A DNA stretch of 64,000 nucleotides from Verrucomicrobiota bacterium (GCA_023383055.1 JAHDYP010000013.1:1-64000), one strand, 5' to 3'. Shown: positions 32,457-41,805, numbered from the stretch's first letter. The notes: generated by a model from the letters alone, not told the origin. Numbers and translations are program-made.

Positions 32457-32789
32457 TTACTCCGGTCGGGCCAACTGCTCCGCCAGGGCATACAACCGGC
32501 GACCGGAAACGCGAACGCTCAATCCGGTTCTGAGCCAGTGCCGGTTGAGGCGGTTGACATAGGCCAGGTCCTTGACTATCGCGCGGACCTGGTTGAGCTC
32601 GGTCGCGATGCCGAGCTGTTCGATGGCCCGGCGGTCCTCCGCGAAGAGAGCGGCATGCAATCGCCCCATGAGCAGGGCGAGCGGGACGGCGTGGCGGTAG
32701 AGGCACCGAAGAAACACGGCTTCGGCAAACCGATCGGTGGGGCAATCGAACCGCTCGCAGAAAAGGGTCTTGAAGGGTCTGCCAGCCAT
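32457..32789 (-). CDS. Hypothetical protein (~110 aa)
   Basis: Start at MAGRPFKTLFCERFDCPTDRF... (ATG ending 32789). The codon bias is consistent with the neighbours. No family recognised. Confidence 0.4.
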   Translation of the reverse strand: MAGRPFKTLFCERFDCPTDRFAEAVFLRCLYRHAVPLALLMGRLHAALFAEDRRAIEQLGIATELNQVRAIVKDLAYVNRLNRHWLRTGLSVRVSGRRLYALAEQLARPE

Positions 32790-33095
32790 AGTCGGCCCGC
32801 TGCCTAACACCGCCGGACGGGCCAGCCAAGAAGATCTTGGTTACAAATCGTCGTCAAGCGAGCGCCGCTCCGGGCTCGCGGAGGGAAGAAGGGCGCCCAC
32901 CCGGGTGGTGGGGTGGACGCCCAGAGCGGCCTCGGCGGTAGTCATAGCCCAAGTCCTCCTTTTGCGTAACGCGAATCCTTTAGCACAACCGCCGCGCCCG
33001 GCCAAGTTACGTAATGCCGCGCCCGGCAACGTTTCGGTCACAGCCGTTCTCCACCGCGCGGCCCTGTGCGCATCTGATGGAGGTCAGGTGAAAAC

Positions 33096-33689
33096 TTGGT
33101 GAACTTCGGCCTGTGCCGTCACCGAAACGTAACTTACAAGCGCACGGTCCAATTGGTGCGGGAGCACAAACCGGATGTGGTTATCACGGAGATTCAATTG
33201 CCAGACTGCACCGGGGTCGAACTGACCCGCCGACTCCTCAAGCTGCAACCCGGCCTGCGGGTTCTAGTCTTCACGGGACTCGAAGATCCCGTCTCCCTGC
33301 AGGCCATGCTGGCCGCGCGGGCCGGGGGGTACCTGCTAAAGCGTGCTTCCCGCAGTGAATTGGTCGAAGCCATTCGCCGGGTCTGGGCCGGCGAACGTTA
33401 TTGCGATCCGCTGTTGGCCGGTCAGTTGTTGGGCCGGCAGGCCTTGGGCAGAGACCCGCGCGGTGAATGGCACTCGGCTCCGTTGAGCGAGCAGGAAGCC
33501 AGCGTCCTGCGGCTCGTTGCCTGGGGTTATACCAGCAAGGAAACCGCCGCACGCTTGCAACTCAGTGTCAAAACCGTCGAGACCTACCGCGCCCGACTGC
33601 GGCGCAAGCTGCAAATCGACGATCATCCGACGCTCGTGCGCTACGCATTGCTTCAAGGCTGGCTCAAGCTTTCCAGTCCGCCAGCGTAG
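33096..33689 (+). CDS. NarL/LuxR-family response regulator with N-terminally truncated, Asp-to-Glu receiver domain
   Basis: C-terminal LuxR HTH (SEQEASVLRLVAWGYTSKETAARLQLSVKTVETYRARLRRKL). The receiver aligns to NarL from its beta3 onward (KPDVVITEIQLPD; conserved K at GGYLLK). The phospho-acceptor position is Glu, and the first ~35 residues (DD pocket) are absent. The ORF can only start at TTG 33096, since a stop lies at 33075-33077 in frame. Confidence 0.65.
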   Translation: MVNFGLCRHRNVTYKRTVQLVREHKPDVVITEIQLPDCTGVELTRRLLKLQPGLRVLVFTGLEDPVSLQAMLAARAGGYLLKRASRSELVEAIRRVWAGERYCDPLLAGQLLGRQALGRDPRGEWHSAPLSEQEASVLRLVAWGYTSKETAARLQLSVKTVETYRARLRRKLQIDDHPTLVRYALLQGWLKLSSPPA

Positions 33690-33846
33690 CCTTGGCTCGG
33701 CGGCCGACGGTTGACGAAGCACGGGGTCCGGCCGCCGGGATTTCCCCTACATCGGAGCTGGGTTATGCCTGACAAGACTTGCATCTCACCTTGCCGTAGA
33801 CTCTCTTTTCCGAGACACTTCGGGCCAACTCAATCACCACCAAACC

Positions 33847-34422
33847 ATGAAAGTCGAAGCTCTGGAAAAATCGGTCGCGTCCGCTCGCAAGCAAGCGCTG
33901 AACCTCAAGTGCAAAGCCGACATGTTGGCCCAGGTTGCCGTGGGCACCAAGGACCAGGCCCGACTCGCCAAACGCAAGCTCAAGGTGGCAAAGCGGCAAG
34001 CCAGGCAGGCCCGCAAGGTCGCCAAGGACGCCAAGCGAGCCTCGGCCGATGCCTCGCGAGCGTTCGAAAAGGCCAGTGCCGAGGTCGCCCGACTGGAAGC
34101 ACAACTCGAGAAAGCCCGCAAGACAGCAAGCAAGGAGCGCAAAGGCTCCGGTCAGCCCCAGCAACCCGCGGCTCGGAAAGGAGCGTCGAAGAAGCCCTCC
34201 GCCCCGGCCACTAAAGCCAAGGCCGTCAAGGCTGCCGGCAAACAGCTGTCGTCCAAGCCAAAGCATCAACCCAAACCGGCGCGGCCGGCGGTGGCCCCCC
34301 CGGTGAATGGCGCTTCGCCGGTGGCACGGGTTATCGCCACGCCGAGTCCAGTGGCCGGGAGGCAAGACACCTCGCTTCGTGGCACGCCGGGCGTTACGGC
34401 TCCAAGCGCGACCAACGAATAG
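33847..34422 (+). CDS. Lys/Ala-rich basic protein, histone-H1-like / coiled-coil (191 aa)
   Basis: MKVEALEKSVASARKQALNLKCKADMLAQ.... AKR/K repeats (KRKLKVAKRQARQARKVAKDAKRA) then an AKKP/ATKAKAVKAAGK tail. Preceded by a lower-GC promoter-like region. Confidence 0.5.
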   Translation: MKVEALEKSVASARKQALNLKCKADMLAQVAVGTKDQARLAKRKLKVAKRQARQARKVAKDAKRASADASRAFEKASAEVARLEAQLEKARKTASKERKGSGQPQQPAARKGASKKPSAPATKAKAVKAAGKQLSSKPKHQPKPARPAVAPPVNGASPVARVIATPSPVAGRQDTSLRGTPGVTAPSATNE

Positions 34423-35428
34423 ACTGCCGCTCACCGAAGAGGTTTACCGGGACGGGAATACTCACGCCGCGGGCACTGAACTCGCCGCTGATCCAAGCTC
34501 CCCACGACGGCAGATCGGTCGAAGCTTCGACCGTGTAACGACGGTGCGGCGCAATCTCGAGCCGCAAGTCCGCCTCAACGGCGAGATGATCGGAGAGCCG
34601 GTCCTCGGGTCGATCGGCGTCCATCGCCGGAGCCACGGAGGCCGTGCAGCTGACGTGGGACTGGCGCAGTCGCAGGAATACATAGTCCAGCGTTCGCGCG
34701 TCGGCCGCGTCCGACCGGCAGCCGTCGTAGGTGACGAAGTGCGGTTGGGATTCGGGCGGGTGTGCGTCCGTGCCCAACAGCCGCGTCAGTTGCCGGTATT
34801 CCTCGCTGTCGGGCGTGCAATTGAAGTCACCCGCGATAATATCCGCCCCCTGACCCTGCTCGGCCTGCCGCACCCAGGCGGCCAACTCGGCAATCTGGCG
34901 CAAGCGGATGTCGCGCGCGTCACCCGCTTGGAGATGCACATTCCAGACATTGAGCCGGAGCGAGCCGGCGAGTTCCACGGTAATCCGGAGTGCACCCTTG
35001 CCGACCAGGGAATCCGGCCAGGTGCCCGCGCGAAAGGCGTGGAACTCGGCGTCCACGATCGGATGGCGCGACAGCGTGACCAGTCCACTGCGGCGCAAGA
35101 AGAGGTTCCTGGCCGGACTGCTGGCCACCGACCATCCGGCTTCGGCGGGCACCGCCTCCCTGGCGTGCTCGGACCAGACCTCCTGCAGCAGGATGAATTC
35201 GGGAGCCCGCGCTTCGAGTTCCCGGGCAATCCTCGCATAGCGGCTGGGATTGGCGCCGTTGATCCAGGCGGGCAGACCCCAAATGTTGTAGGTCAGGACG
35301 CGCAGTTCGGTCTGTCCCTCCTGCCCCGGTCCGGACCGCGCGGCTGTCGCCGCATGACGGATTTGGACGTTACTCGAGTTGGGGGAGACGCAGCCCCAGA
35401 GGACCAACAAGAGGCCGGGGAGAAGCAT
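34394..35428 (-). CDS. Endonuclease/exonuclease/phosphatase (EEP) family lipoprotein
   Basis: Start MLLPGLLLVLWGC (lipobox-like LWGC; ATG ending 35428). LRVLTYNIWGLP, FILLQEV, GDFNCTP and SDHLAVEA are the EEP catalytic motifs. Confidence 0.8.
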   Translation of the reverse strand: MLLPGLLLVLWGCVSPNSSNVQIRHAATAARSGPGQEGQTELRVLTYNIWGLPAWINGANPSRYARIARELEARAPEFILLQEVWSEHAREAVPAEAGWSVASSPARNLFLRRSGLVTLSRHPIVDAEFHAFRAGTWPDSLVGKGALRITVELAGSLRLNVWNVHLQAGDARDIRLRQIAELAAWVRQAEQGQGADIIAGDFNCTPDSEEYRQLTRLLGTDAHPPESQPHFVTYDGCRSDAADARTLDYVFLRLRQSHVSCTASVAPAMDADRPEDRLSDHLAVEADLRLEIAPHRRYTVEASTDLPSWGAWISGEFSARGVSIPVPVNLFGERQSIRWSRLEP

Positions 35429-35637
35429 TAAAGGCCTCCTGGCGAGCCAGTGCGAACGCGGGTGAGAGGGAGAAGCGGGGGTGCGGGTGGGTAGCCCGTT
35501 CGTTTTTTGGCGGCCCATGGCGGTGAACGTCATGCGGGTGCACCCAGCGTAAGCGAAGCGCGACCGAACACCAGTGAGGGTCTGGTGAAGAGTGGGTGAC
35601 AGGCGGTTGACAACCGCGAGGCGGAACCGGCACGAAC

Positions 35638-35674
35638 TTGACACAATTGTCATCGACCTGACATCGGGATGTCA
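35638..35674. promoter_or_regulatory. Twin palindromic operators TGACA-caat-TGTCA and TGACA-tcggga-TGTCA upstream of the LysE-family gene
   Basis: Read directly: ttgacacaattgtcatcgacctgacatcgggatgtcacc. Half-sites recur every 9-12 bp, 42-78 bp upstream of GTG 35716. Confidence 0.4.
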
Positions 35675-35715
35675 CCTCGGTCTGCGAAGGCAGCCTGATG
35701 CGAGAGGATTTCGCG

Positions 35716-36335
35716 TGCTGACCTTTCAGGTGGTGTTGATCAAAGCCTTTCTGGCCGGCGGGGTGGCCGCTCTGCCGCTGGGGCCGATGGGGATTTGGTG
35801 CCTCCAGCGCACGGTGGGGCATGGTCGCCGCGCCGGCCTGCTTGCCGCGGCGGGAATCGCCGCCGCGCTGGGTCTGTGGGGTTGGGTGGTTGTCCACGGC
35901 CTGGAGTTTGTGTCCGGCTGGCTCGTGGCCGGGACACCCTGGGTGCGCTACGGCCTGGGGATTGCCCTGCTCACGGCCGGCGCCAGCGGGATTCGGCGCC
36001 CACCGCCTCGGACAGCGATTCCGTCCGCCTCCGCCTCGGATTGGGGAGGGTTCGCCATGACGTTCTGTGGCGTGGCGACCAACCCCGTCACTTTGGTCAC
36101 GCTCGCCGCGGTCTTTGGCGCGATCGGTCTGGTGCGCGTCGAGTTGGATGCGATGCGAGCCGTGGGGTTCGTGACGGCGATCGGACTGGGCGCGATGACG
36201 CTGTGGATCGGGCTCGCCGAATTGCTGCTGCGACTGCGCCAGCGCTGGGGTGACGTGGCAACCTCCCGCGTCAGCCGGGCGTTAAGTGGACTGCTGGTGC
36301 TCTTGGGAGCGAGCTACCTGCTGGCGGGTGGTTAG
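35716..36335 (+). CDS. LysE/RhtB-family amino-acid exporter-like membrane protein
   Basis: From GTG 35716: MLTFQVVLIKAFLAGGVAALPLGPMGIWCLQRTV.... ~206 aa with six hydrophobic segments, the typical LysE translocator N-terminus. Confidence 0.55.
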
Positions 36336-37423
36336 GCCGAGCGTGTGTCCGCCGGAAGATGTTGCCACAGGTCTCCCGTGTAGAACGCATTGGGCAATAC
36401 TTCACATTCGGCCCAGCAACCCGGGCACTTCCGCACCCAATCGCGCTGGGCGCCGATCGCGGCGCCGAACCACACTTCCCGGAAGGACTGTTGGCGCAGG
36501 TTGCCCACCTTGCGGGTGTTGAACTGGCATGTGGGCACGTCGCCGTTCGGAAGGATGCGCAGGTGCGCGTTAAGCGCCACGCAAGGGGGGTTGGGGGATC
36601 CGCGGCCAAGCAGGACCCGATCGCGAATGCCGCGGATATAATAGCGTTTGGCGAGTCGCTCCGGCCAGGGCCACGTCGCCACATCGCGTTCGACCTCATC
36701 CCACAAAGCGGCGATCTGCCCGTTTCGGAAGTCGCCGAAAGTGGCGAAGTCGCCGATGGCCTTGGGGGCCGCGTCCATCTCGGCTTTCAGGCTGTACGTG
36801 GCGCTGAGATCGTAGGCCAGCACCACGTGATGCCGAATGCCGAGCGGTCTGAGGAAGGCATTGAGCCGGCGGTAATCCGCCGCACCCTCGGCATCCACGA
36901 TCGTCTGGTTCACCGCCAGCTCCAGGCGAAGCTCGCGGCGACGCGGGGCCAACGCCTTCAGCGTGGCGGTGGCCGCGGCCCAGGCCGTGTCGCGTCCACG
37001 AACCTGGTTGTGCTTGGCCTCCATGCCGTCGAGGGAGATCAGGAGCTGCAGGGGAACCCGCGTCCGCCGCTGCTCGCAAAAGCGCGCGATGCGGTCGGTT
37101 AAAATCCCGTTGGTGGTCACATGCAACCGCAGGGGCCGAAGGTGATCCTGGGCCAGGTGCGCAATCTCGAGCAGAACCGGCCGCGCAAACGGTTCGCCTC
37201 CGCTCAAGCGCACGAAATCGAGGGCTGGCAATTGGCGGAAGATGCGTTCGATCTCCGCCAGCGTCAGCTCGTCGGGCGACGGCTTCTTCCAGCTGTCGCA
37301 CATCACGCAGCGCGCGTTGCATGTGAAACTGACGATATAGGTCAGATAACGCGGCATCCCGGCCTCGAACCGGCGCCGGGCCCGGGCGCCCGCCAGCGCG
37401 CCAAGTAATCGCAACGCCCTCAT
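36332..37423 (-). CDS. Radical SAM protein with C-terminal SPASM/twitch Cys cluster
   Basis: CNARCVMCDSW (CX3CX2C) near the N-terminus and a GGEPF glycine-rich SAM motif. C-terminal CVALNAHLRILPNGDVPTCQFNTRKVGN...CPGCWAECEV. Its start ATG overlaps the stop of the upstream glycosyltransferase (ATGA). Confidence 0.8.
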   Translation of the reverse strand: MRALRLLGALAGARARRRFEAGMPRYLTYIVSFTCNARCVMCDSWKKPSPDELTLAEIERIFRQLPALDFVRLSGGEPFARPVLLEIAHLAQDHLRPLRLHVTTNGILTDRIARFCEQRRTRVPLQLLISLDGMEAKHNQVRGRDTAWAAATATLKALAPRRRELRLELAVNQTIVDAEGAADYRRLNAFLRPLGIRHHVVLAYDLSATYSLKAEMDAAPKAIGDFATFGDFRNGQIAALWDEVERDVATWPWPERLAKRYYIRGIRDRVLLGRGSPNPPCVALNAHLRILPNGDVPTCQFNTRKVGNLRQQSFREVWFGAAIGAQRDWVRKCPGCWAECEVLPNAFYTGDLWQHLPADTRSA

Positions 37424-38535
37424 GCGATCGCGGGTTGCGGTTGCCGCGTGCCCGTCGGGATCCCGTCGGTCGCCAGCCCCAGATGCGGACGCAACGCGGC
37501 GAGCGCCGCCGGCAGTCCGTTCATACGCGCCGGCGGCACGTCCGACCGCAACTGTGGCGCACGTTCCAGAAACTGGCGGACGCGCTCGACGGTGAAATCG
37601 TGGGACGCCATCCAGGTGCCGGCCCGCATTTGGGCGAGGAAATGGGCGTTGACCAACTGTTCGTAGTTGCCCGGTTCCGGAATGGCCAGAACGGGCTTGC
37701 GCAGATAAATCGCCTCGCCCACCAACTGGTTGCCGGCGGTGCAGACGAGCGCCGCGCAGGAGGCCAGATCCGCAACGAAGCGCTCCTCGTCGGCGGCCTG
37801 GAACCGCAGTGGACCGCGGGATTCCTGTTGTCCAAGACCGTAAACGCGCACCTCACGCCGCAGTTGGGCGAGGGCGTCCAGGGCGCCGGGCGGCGCCTGG
37901 CGGCGCCAATAGACGACCACGTGGGATTGGCTCGAGGGTTCCGCCGCGAGCACCGCCGGGCGCAAGAGCACCCCCGTCTGAGTGACGTGCTTGCAACCCC
38001 TTCGCAACGGCGGGAAGTAAAACGAGGAAACGACCCGCGCCACGGCCGGACTATCGTAAGCGCGCACCACCAGGCCCATGTAAAGGGTGTGCAGCCGCAG
38101 CCAGCCGGGCAGCGACCGCAGATCATAGGTCAACAGGAAATGCTGATGGTCCAAACTGACATGCGGGATCCCTAGCTGCCGCGCCGCCCACGGCAGGGCG
38201 GGCTCGAAATCGCCGATCACCAGCTCGGGCTGTTCCACCGCCAGGCTTACGCGCAGCCGAGCCAGCAACGCGGGCAACCGATGAAGGTATCGCGCCGTCT
38301 CGCGGAGCGTCGCACCGAGACGCACGTTTCCTTCGGCGCCATAACCGAAGTGCAGCCCCGGTATTCGCCGGACTTGCACCTCCGTGCCGGCATACGCCCG
38401 CGCCAGGAAGTCATAGCCCTGACCGGAAGTGTGGATGACGACGGTGTGCCGTTCGCGCAGGCGCTCGGTCAAAGCCCGCACCCGTGTGGCGTGCCCCCGG
38501 CCATCGCCCGACAGGCTGATGAAGATCCTCGCCAT
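37420..38535 (-). CDS. GT-B glycosyltransferase (GT28/MGT/UDP-glucuronosyltransferase-like)
   Basis: Start MARIFISLSGDGRGHATRVRALTERL (ATG ending 38535), the G-rich GT-B N-terminal motif. C-terminal VCTAGNQLVGEAIYLRKPVLAIPEPGNYEQLVNAHFL is the nucleotide-sugar binding half. Confidence 0.75.
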   Translation of the reverse strand: MARIFISLSGDGRGHATRVRALTERLRERHTVVIHTSGQGYDFLARAYAGTEVQVRRIPGLHFGYGAEGNVRLGATLRETARYLHRLPALLARLRVSLAVEQPELVIGDFEPALPWAARQLGIPHVSLDHQHFLLTYDLRSLPGWLRLHTLYMGLVVRAYDSPAVARVVSSFYFPPLRRGCKHVTQTGVLLRPAVLAAEPSSQSHVVVYWRRQAPPGALDALAQLRREVRVYGLGQQESRGPLRFQAADEERFVADLASCAALVCTAGNQLVGEAIYLRKPVLAIPEPGNYEQLVNAHFLAQMRAGTWMASHDFTVERVRQFLERAPQLRSDVPPARMNGLPAALAALRPHLGLATDGIPTGTRQPQPAIA

Positions 38536-39129
38536 GACGTTCGCCTCGCTTATCACCGCGAGGGGAAGGGCACGGCAAGCGCAACCTCGCGTCGAAGCCG
38601 AATTGTTGCCGCGCTGTCACGGGGCCGACACTTGCGACGCCCGCGAGGTCTCAGCTCTCCACCGTCTCGTGAATGCGCAGGTCGCGACGCTCGAGCTCGG
38701 CAAAGACCGTCGTGGGATCGAAGGCCTCCTCCGGAGTCAGCACGCCGGCCAGCCGCACCGCCCCGTCGGCGAGCAATTGAGCGCCGATCAGGACGGTGCC
38801 GTCCGACGGGGGATGGGCGTGCACCAGGGTGTGCTGTCGGCGTTGCCCGTTGCGAAACCCGATCACCTCGACATGGAGGGCGTAACCGTACAGCTCGGTT
38901 TCGGTCCCTTCCCGGGGACACACGCGCGGTGGTGCGCGCGAAACACGGGATCCGAGGCTTCCTCCTCACCAAAGCCGTTGAGATTGATCCCATGACAGCC
39001 GGCGGCCGCGATGGCTGCGGTCGTAATGCCGTTCAACTTGATCGTGGTCCCGTCCATGAACTCGAAAACCGGACCGCATCCAGAGCGGCTTCGCGACAAA
39101 TGCGGCCGGCGCCGCCGAGACACAAGATC

Positions 39130-39460
39130 TTCATAAGGAGGGAGGGAGTTGGGCGGCGGCGCGACCGAGGCGTTCGGAAAATTGGTTCAAGGCGTTCTCG
39201 TCATGGGCCAGCGACAAATAGAGCTTGGTCCCCATCGGATGCCGATCCCCAGGCCATGGTCAAATCGAGATATTCCCGGCCATCGGTGTCCCACACCTGA
39301 CAACCCCGGCCGCGGGCCAGGACCGGAAGCAGCTCGGGAGGGAGCCCGAATTCGCCGTTCGAACCTCCGGGAAAGAGACGGAGGGCGCGGTCGCGCAACG
39401 AGGGAGCGGGCGGAGGTGGCCCGCTCAAGGGGCCGGCGGAAGGCGGATCTTGCGGTTGGT
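39130..39460 (-). pseudogene. Class-III aminotransferase (HemL-like) remnant, N-terminal ~110 codons with a frameshift
   Basis: LRLFPGGSNGEFGLPPELLPVLARGRGCQVWDTDGREYLDLTMAWGS matches the start of the PGGVNSPVR...DVDG.YIDY..SWG aminotransferase-III family. The frame breaks at ~39215 and the ORF ends at ~39130. The rest of the ~430-aa enzyme is missing. Confidence 0.45.
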
Positions 39461-39601
39461 TTGAAGATGTGACGGCGTTCACCCCGACGATTGATGCCGG
39501 TTCCAACCTCGGTTGGCAAGCCGCGGACGCTTCCGGGCAATCGGGATTGGTGTTGATCCCGGAACAGTCCAGGACGCACGTCCGCGGGGCTGCTGCCCGG
39601 G

Positions 39602-40177
39602 CTACACGTCCAACGCCATCGAGTCGGCAAGGATGGCTTGCTGGATCTGCTGCTCGGCGACGGCAGCGAGCCGATAGGTGCAGCGGTCGTCGTGGCCGCC
39701 CTCGGCGCGCGCGAACTCCGCCGAACCCCCACCCCCGCGGTCGAGGCGTCCAAAGCGGTGCCACCACGCTCGCCGCAGCAGGCTGGTCAGGCAGGAATGC
39801 AATAAAGCGCGGTGAACCCGGCGGAAGCGCCGGATGGCACTGCTCGTCACGAAGTGTTTCGCGCAGAGGTAACGAATGGTAATGTCCGTGGCCGTGGCCG
39901 ACTCGATTTCGTCGAACCCGTAACGCGCGGTGGCATAGCAATAGGTCAGCACCGTAAGCATCGTGGCGACCGGCGGGCCATTCTCACTCGGCGAAAGCGC
40001 CGGGCAATGGCCATCCAGGGCATCGGCCACCTCTTCCAGGACCCACCCGACCAGCGTGGGCTCGCTCACCCACTGCCGCAGATCGGCAGGCAGCGTGGCC
40101 AAAGTGGTGCGGGGCGGCAAGGCGGGTCCCGCGGCTGCCCGGTACCTCTGATTCATCAGCATGAGATTCGCATTCAT
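39602..40177 (-). mobile_element. DDE-transposase N-terminal-domain fragment (IS1182/IS5-like), truncated IS remnant
   Basis: LPADLRQWVSEPTLVGWVLEEVADAL and LTVLTYCYATARYGFDEIESATATDITIRYLCA...AIRRFRR resemble the conserved N-terminal region of IS1182/IS5-type transposases. The ORF is 191 aa and no DDE catalytic domain follows. Confidence 0.4.
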
Positions 40178-40314
40178 ATCCTATGATCATCATGACCCCA
40201 GCCATGTGGCGAACGTGTGACGGCCAGGTGAAGAGTGTGTTCCTTTGAGCGGGCGGTGTGAGTCAGGGAGCGCCGGGTCCCACCAGAGGCGTCGAAGCCG
40301 GGCCGGTCCTGCTC

Positions 40315-40331
40315 GTAACCCAATTGTAACA
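40315..40331 (+). promoter_or_regulatory. Pho-box-like site GTAACCCAATTGTAACA (copy 2), 66 bp upstream of the phosphate-porin gene; third inverted half-site GTTAC at 40348-40352
   Basis: 16/17 identical to the site at 25461-25477. Direct GTAAC(A/C) half-sites with 11-bp periodicity, as in PhoB/PhoP-type Pho boxes. Confidence 0.55.
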
Positions 40332-40396
40332 TGAAAGACACATGAACGTTACGCCCCGCGCTCAGCTTCAGGAGAAATCATGGACCTTGAATTGAC

Positions 40397-41761
40397 ATGA
40401 ATCTACCCCCTGCCACCCGTGCGACGCTCACGCTGCTTGCCGCCGCTGCCAGCCTCTCCTTGACCACCGGCAGTCAGGCCCAATCCGCCGATGCCCTAAT
40501 CGACAAGCTGCTCGATAAAGGGATTCTCACGCTGGACGAAGCCAACGAACTCCGGGAAGAGACGGACAAGAACTTCACCACGGCATACCAGGTCAAGAGC
40601 GGCATGCCGGAATGGGTGACTTCCTTGAAGATCAACGGCGATTTCCGCGGGCGTTTCGAGGGTTTTTACTCGGACAACCCCGCATTCGTGGATCGCAACC
40701 GGTTTCGCTACCGCCTGCGCCTCGGAGTTACCGCCGTGATGAAAGACCAGCTTGAAGTCGGTCTGCGTCTCGGCTCGGGAGATCTCGAAGGCATCCGCGA
40801 CCTGCGGACCGGCACCGACCCGATTTCCAGCAATCAGTCCTTGCAGAACAACGCCTCCAAGAAGGGAGTGTTTATTGATCTCGCCTACGCCAAATGGGCG
40901 CCGCTCAACACCCCCGATTGGTCCGGCAGCCTTACCATTGGCAAAATGGAGAACCCTTTTGTCTTTTCCGACGGCGTCTTCGATCGGGATTACACGCCCG
41001 AAGGCGCCGCCCTGGGCCTCACCCACGCAATCAATGAACAACACGCGCTGGTCCTGATCGCCGGCGGCTATGTCCTCGATGAAATCAGCGCCGACAGCGA
41101 CGATCCCCATCTGGCTGGCGCGCAACTCCGCTGGAATGCCGCGTGGTCGCCCAAGCTTGCCACCACGGCCGGCGTGGCCGGCCTGGTCATCGGCGGGAAG
41201 GAAAACCTCAAGAACTCCGATGTCCCCAACATCAACGCCGGCAATACCCGCACGCCGCTGCCGGAGGGCGCCCTCGCTTACCACTACAACCCCATCGTGG
41301 CCGACGCCGCCGTCACCTATACCTTGCCCCATTTTCCCTTCCACAATGCTCCGTTCCCCATCCAGCTGAGCGGCGATTACATCTACAACCCGGGCGCGCC
41401 CGACCGCAACCGGGCCTACTCGGTCGGCATCTCCTTCGGCAAATCCGGCAAGCGCGGGCTCTGGGATCTTTCCTATCGCTACAAGTATCTGGAGGGCGAC
41501 GCCTGGTATGAGGAATTCGTCGATTCGGATTTCGGCGCTTACTACGCCGCGGCCGCCGAAGGGATGGGATTCAGCGGTTATGGCGCCGGCACCAACACCA
41601 AAGGTCACGTGGCCAAGGCCGCTTACAGCCCGCACGACGCGGTGACACTGACGCTCACCGCCATCATCACCGAGCTCATCGATCTCCCCACGGTGGCGGT
41701 CGGCACGGATCCGGACAGCCAAATGATCCGGATCCAGGCCGATGCCGCCTTCAAATTCTGA
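40397..41761 (+). CDS. Outer-membrane porin, phosphate-selective porin O/P-like
   Basis: Signal peptide MNLPPATRATLTLLAAAASLSLTTGSQAQS. Alternating beta-strand pattern and a C-terminal ...AAFKF. Position immediately upstream of pstSCAB-phoU. Confidence 0.65.
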   Translation: MNLPPATRATLTLLAAAASLSLTTGSQAQSADALIDKLLDKGILTLDEANELREETDKNFTTAYQVKSGMPEWVTSLKINGDFRGRFEGFYSDNPAFVDRNRFRYRLRLGVTAVMKDQLEVGLRLGSGDLEGIRDLRTGTDPISSNQSLQNNASKKGVFIDLAYAKWAPLNTPDWSGSLTIGKMENPFVFSDGVFDRDYTPEGAALGLTHAINEQHALVLIAGGYVLDEISADSDDPHLAGAQLRWNAAWSPKLATTAGVAGLVIGGKENLKNSDVPNINAGNTRTPLPEGALAYHYNPIVADAAVTYTLPHFPFHNAPFPIQLSGDYIYNPGAPDRNRAYSVGISFGKSGKRGLWDLSYRYKYLEGDAWYEEFVDSDFGAYYAAAAEGMGFSGYGAGTNTKGHVAKAAYSPHDAVTLTLTAIITELIDLPTVAVGTDPDSQMIRIQADAAFKF

Positions 41762-41805
41762 CCCGAGCCAACCCGGGCCCGCGATTCACTCAAACGGAAC
41801 CCGGC

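Noticed and set aside
33008-33015. Perfect 8-bp palindrome TTACGTAA upstream of the response-regulator gene
   Set aside because: An 8-bp palindrome is expected by chance about once per 64 kb. Noted only because it shares the CGTAA core with the Pho-box-like sites. Not reported as a feature.
34307-35431. 374-aa plus-strand ORF overlapping the EEP lipoprotein gene
   Set aside because: Antisense to a gene with clear EEP catalytic motifs and a lipobox. The translation is R/G-rich and featureless.
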